Source: Eledone cirrhosa
Taxonomy: Eukaryota
DNA: 64,000 nt
Reading direction: 5' to 3'
Assembly: GCA_964016885.1 (NCBI GenBank)
Contig: OZ024746.1
Location: 32,240,001-32,304,000, forward strand
The translations under genes were made by a program, and so were the position numbers. Within the stretch, counting starts at the first letter, position 1. Every line of letters begins with the position of its first letter. Shown piece by piece: positions 59,533 through 64,000 of this stretch. Below the pieces are notes generated by a model. It saw nothing but the letters and a program-made list of their open reading frames with translations, made no database searches and was not told the DNA's origin.

Positions 59533-60930
59533 TACCAAGTCCCAAACAGCTGGTCACTGTAGACTGAAACAGGATGTGATCAACAATAATAAAAGGGATA
59601 AACTTACAACATAGCTTCATAAAATGAATGTCATATGTTTAAATAACAGTATGCTTATAAATATTAGAGAAATTGTAAACTAGATAAAAATAGTATAGCA
59701 AAAGTGTATTAGTAGCACAGTAAATAGACATCTGTTGGGAGGTAAGAAAACCCAGTTAACTAATGTTAACATTGAAGTACAGAAATAAAACATGATATAG
59801 AAATAAATCCAGATTGATGTGACGTTTAAAAATTGCCAACAAAACTGATATCAGTTTCATAAATTATATTATATACCTTGAATGAATGAAAAAGTAGTGA
59901 GCACTCTGAAAACAAGGTGAACTCTACAGTGTTGGAGCCACAATAAAATGCACCTAGTACACTTTGTAGTTTTGTTAGCAAATGAATAGAGACAAACTAA
60001 CAATGAAAAGACCCTCTAAAAGGCTAGCCAAGCACATGAAAACCTCTCTAGTGGTGCTGCCACAATAAAATGCACCCAGTACACTCTAAAAGGTTGCTGT
60101 TAGGAAAGGTATCCAACCATAATAATTATGCCAAAAATAAAATATGCAAGTGATACACGTTTCTCTATCCACAAGAGCAATAACTCTAAATAAGAACTAA
60201 CAATCTGTCAAACCCATGCCAGAAATGGAAAGAGAACATTAAAAAAAAAGATTTCACAGAACATTTTTTAAAGGTTATTTTCCCCCTTAAAAACTTGACA
60301 TCTGTGTTTCAAGTTCAATTCAATTGCTCTCATTAAACACGAGAATTCTGAATAAGGTTTCATTTGATCTTCAAAATTTATGTTGAAACACACCTGGGGA
60401 GAGATATCAAACCTAATGCTTAATTCCTATTATCAGGCTACTGTAACGTTAAGCTAGTAGTAAAACTTTTATAAATTATATAAACTTGAAATTATTTTGG
60501 CCTTGCTGCATCTACAGCAAACACCCTGACTGTTTCAACATCAATGTAAATACATAATTTTTTCTCTTGCATGACTATACCCCTGCCCAATATGTCATTG
60601 ACCATGCCTTCCATTGAGCTCCATTCATCAGATGTACTGATATCATAACCACTCCAAACACACCCTCCTTCATAACTTCTTTATACTATCAGACCCTAAA
60701 ACTACCCTTATCTTTCCTCATTGACAAGACCCACAAACAAAGAGCACTACCTTATCTACTACCTAGGTACCATAGGGCCTTCAAATATGCCTCAACTTCT
60801 GATTCTGCTCTCCACCATCAAACTGATGGTTTAAGGACTGTGTTTGTCTTATGTTATGTTTAACTATACGTGTATGTTTATATGTCAATATGTGCATCAA
60901 TACATGTATGTGTATCTATCGGTCTTTGTG

Positions 60931-61145
60931 CTTATACGCCTGTGTGTGTGTTTATACGCTTGTGTGTGTGTTTATACGCTTGTGTGTGTGTTTATACGCT
61001 TGTGTGTGTGTTTATACGCTTGTGTGTGTGTTTATACGCTTGTGTGTGTGTTTATACGCTTGTGTGTGTGTTTATACGTGTGTGTGTGTGTGTGTGTTTA
61101 TACGTGTGTGTGTGTGTGCTTATACGTTCGTGTGTGCTTATACAT
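60931..61145. repeat. 20-bp minisatellite (tttatacgcttgtgtgtgtg)
   Basis: About seven near-perfect units, then degenerate ones. Confidence 0.93.
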
Positions 61146-62114
61146 CTACAAATGTGCTTATATGTCTATATGCATATCTGTAACTATGTATGCATCTATA
61201 CATCTATGTATTTATATGTCTAATTATGCATCTATACGTATATCCATGTGTGTGCATCTACACCTACCTCAAGAGAGTTTACCTGTCCTTATCCTAGCTA
61301 TAGAGTTTACCTGTCTTTATCCTGGTTTGTAAGAGGTTACTTGCCTTTATCTTGAGAGAAGTTACCTGCCTCTATCCTACCTACAGAGAGGTTGATGTAT
61401 TTTACATTATTTTTGTTTTGCCACCATTTCTGCTCTGCTGTTATCTCCCAAAACCTCCACCCTCCCATCCTCCCACCTCCATAATATCAAGCAAGCTCTA
61501 TAAACAAAGATTCTATCTAAACTCACAATCTCTTGTTTATCTTGTAACTAAATAAATAGCATTATCTCAGAGGCAAGTTGAATCAATTTTAAAAGTTGGT
61601 TTCTGTGTGTAAGTGTGTGTGAGTGTATGTGTAACAAGCAAAAAGTCTGGGTTAAAACAAAGAATATACCACGGCTGCTCCTTAGACCGTGGGGAGGGGT
61701 GGGGTGGGACAATGTCAGATAAATAACAATATTGTTGAGTTAGGGGAGTGGTGTGACAATAAGATAATATTCTGTAGTTAAGTCACAGATGGTGTTCAGA
61801 AAATGTAGTAGGAAATAATAACAACATCAACAGCCAGCTTTTCTTTGATCTTTGCAATTAACAATTGTCATCCAGATTTATGTTTTAAATCTACAGCTTC
61901 AGAAACTGGGATCATACCAGGGAAGAAAGGAAAAATACTGCTTCAATCCAGTTGGCCTTAAATTATTTGATTGAAGGTGGTGAATTAGAATATAAAACTT
62001 GCAGTAAGGAGGGGATTTATTCTGGTTCTCTATACTCTTGAGTTCAAATCCCATCAGGGTGGTTAACTATGGCTCTCATCTAGTCAGGGTTGAGAAAATA
62101 AAGTCCAGAGTAGT

Positions 62115-62459
62115 TGATCATCATTCATCATTTCATTTTATGTCCGCTTTATCCCTGCTTGCAAGGGGTGGGACGGGAACTGGTTCTGGCTTGATTTCTA
62201 CAGCTGGATGCCCTTCCTAACACCAACCTCATTTACAGTGAGTGCTGGGTGCTATTTTACCATGGCACCTCCACGACCACTTTGCAGTGGAATGATAAGG
62301 ACCCCAGTCCCTAACATCTCATTTTTACAGCTGTGTAAACTGGATCAATGTGAAATAAAGTGTCTTGCTCAAGGAAACAACACATCACCCGGTCTGAGAA
62401 TTGAACTCACAACCTTTCGATTGCAAGGCCAATGCTCTAACCACTAAGCCATGTGCCTC
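62115..62459 (-). mobile_element. Full-length SINE family A with tail variant C
   Basis: A box TGGCTTAGTGG, B box GTTCAATTC, CORE-like middle, RTE tail. Confidence 0.88.
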
Positions 62460-62789
62460 CATATGGCTTAGTGATAATATAATGGTGTGCTGCACTTTGT
62501 CTCAGTTGCCTTAAATCCTAAAAGTGTGCTACCCCAATAATATGGACCCAGACAGTGTGGAGGATCACCCTCCGGCAACTGGCTGACTCAGTCTGCCAAA
62601 CAGACATGATGCAGAAAGCTTTGCTCCAGAGGATGGTGCGGGAGACACTTTGGAATAGCCATTCTAACTTATGGGGCTCATGCCTGCAAGTGGCCAGCTC
62701 CACCCCCGATAGTAGTGAGTAGAGAAGGTGATCTGCGAATCAAGAGTGCTGGAAATCTTGCTAAGATGCCTTGTGCTATTTGTTCTTTG

Positions 62790-62880
62790 AATTTCCAATT
62801 CAAAATTAATAGTAAACGATAGGCAGCATCTTTTATTAGAAATATAGTAATGAAGGGGTTAACTTCTATGTCATATATGT
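62790..62880 (-). pseudogene. Possible decayed PIF/Harbinger transposase fragment
   Basis: TIFLIKDAAYRLL resembles the Harbinger DDE motif [FL]xGDxAYPL; single short motif only. Confidence 0.25.
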
Positions 62881-64000
62881 ATTTCCACGCTGACATATCT
62901 ATTAGTAACTTCTTCACCAAATTCTTATCACTACGGAAGTTGTCTTCTGTGGACTATTTACATTAGTTACCTGATTAGACCACATGATAATAACAACTGA
63001 TTTTACTCTTCCATCTAACAAGGATTTTCCTATCATATAGTCTTTTATTCCTCATAGATTTCTATACTTTTACTGGTTTCAGTCAGTAACAGTGGTCATA
63101 CTGAGGCACCACCCTGATTTAGTCAATCATATCAACCCCAGTACTTTCTAGTCTTATTCATTAACTGGTTTCAGCTAGTTAATGTGGCCATGCTAGAGCA
63201 CCACCCTGATTTGTCAATCATATTGATCCCTGTATTTATTTTTTCAAGTCTGGTACTTATTTTATCACTCTTTTTTGTTGAAAAGAGTTATGTTACAAAA
63301 CAGACAGTCACAAACACATGCATATATATATATATATATATGATGGGCTTCTGCAGTTTCTGTCTACCAAATTTCTCTCACAGGTCAATGCATGGCTATA
63401 GAAGGCTATAGTCCATGGTGCTGCATTGTGTTGGACATAGGTCAGGTCCAACAAGTGTTCCAGTTGTTTAATAAGTGCAACAGCCTGCTCATGAAATTAA
63501 TGTGCAAGTGGCTCAGCATTCCACAGACACTTCTACCCTTAACGTAGTTCTCAGGGAGATCCAGCTTGACAGTGACATGACTGCCCTTTTGAATTACAAA
63601 TACAACTCAATTTTTTCCAGCTGAGTCAACTGGAGCAATATGAAATAAAGTATCTTGCTCAAGAACACAACATACTATCAAGTCTAGAAATCAAACTCGC
63701 GTTACAATCCTGATCCCAACACCCTAACCCTTAAGTTATGTGGATTTACTTACTAAAATAGGGATAAATATTATCCCTATTTTACCCTGCCAACATAGTT
63801 TGACATTTAATAAAGGCTTTCATTGTTAGTGAGGAATAAAAAAGGGTGTATCTTTATCTTATTTCTCTCATTATATATGGAAAAATGATGTTTCTCAACA
63901 GTATAGTGGCTTGTTTGTTTTCCTGCTGTGTAGGATGTATCAATATTTTATGGTAAGTAGCCTTACACTAGTTTGGTTTAAATATAGAAATATATAGGTC

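Noticed and set aside
60931-61145. CRISPR-like array or Cys/Val-rich ORFs
   Set aside because: Simple 20-bp minisatellite derived from (GT)n.
62385-62459. tRNA gene (also ~49480-49535 and ~56345-56418)
   Set aside because: A and B boxes are present but continue into CORE-like and LINE-derived sequence with no closing acceptor stem; these are SINE heads.

Overview
Eukaryotic, AT-rich, repeat-dominated DNA, most likely cephalopod/octopus (inferred from the SINE families and microsatellite load). The only host coding sequence I can support is an 81-bp minus-strand exon (14229-14309, [27 protein letters not shown]) matching the start of the N-terminal PH domain of Drosophila outspread / vertebrate MPRIP, so the window appears to be mostly very large introns of that gene. 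The rest is mobile DNA and simple repeats: five copies of one RTE-clade LINE whose RT region carries an inserted PHD finger, a CR1-clade LINE, an old Expander-like RTE fragment, two Penelope-like element (PLE) 3' fragments with decayed hammerhead cores, two PLE-like fold-back remnants, a ~600-bp internally deleted RTE derivative with a candidate HDV-like ribozyme head, three tRNA-derived SINE families, and piggyBac- and mariner-type MITEs. From 18.5 to 42.1 kb lies ~16 kb of strand-polarised (TA)nCA microsatellite studded with nine retroelement insertions, with a 200-N assembly gap at 35102-35301. Nearly all long ORFs in the supplied track are microsatellite translation artefacts. Family assignments come from motif recognition by eye, not database searches.
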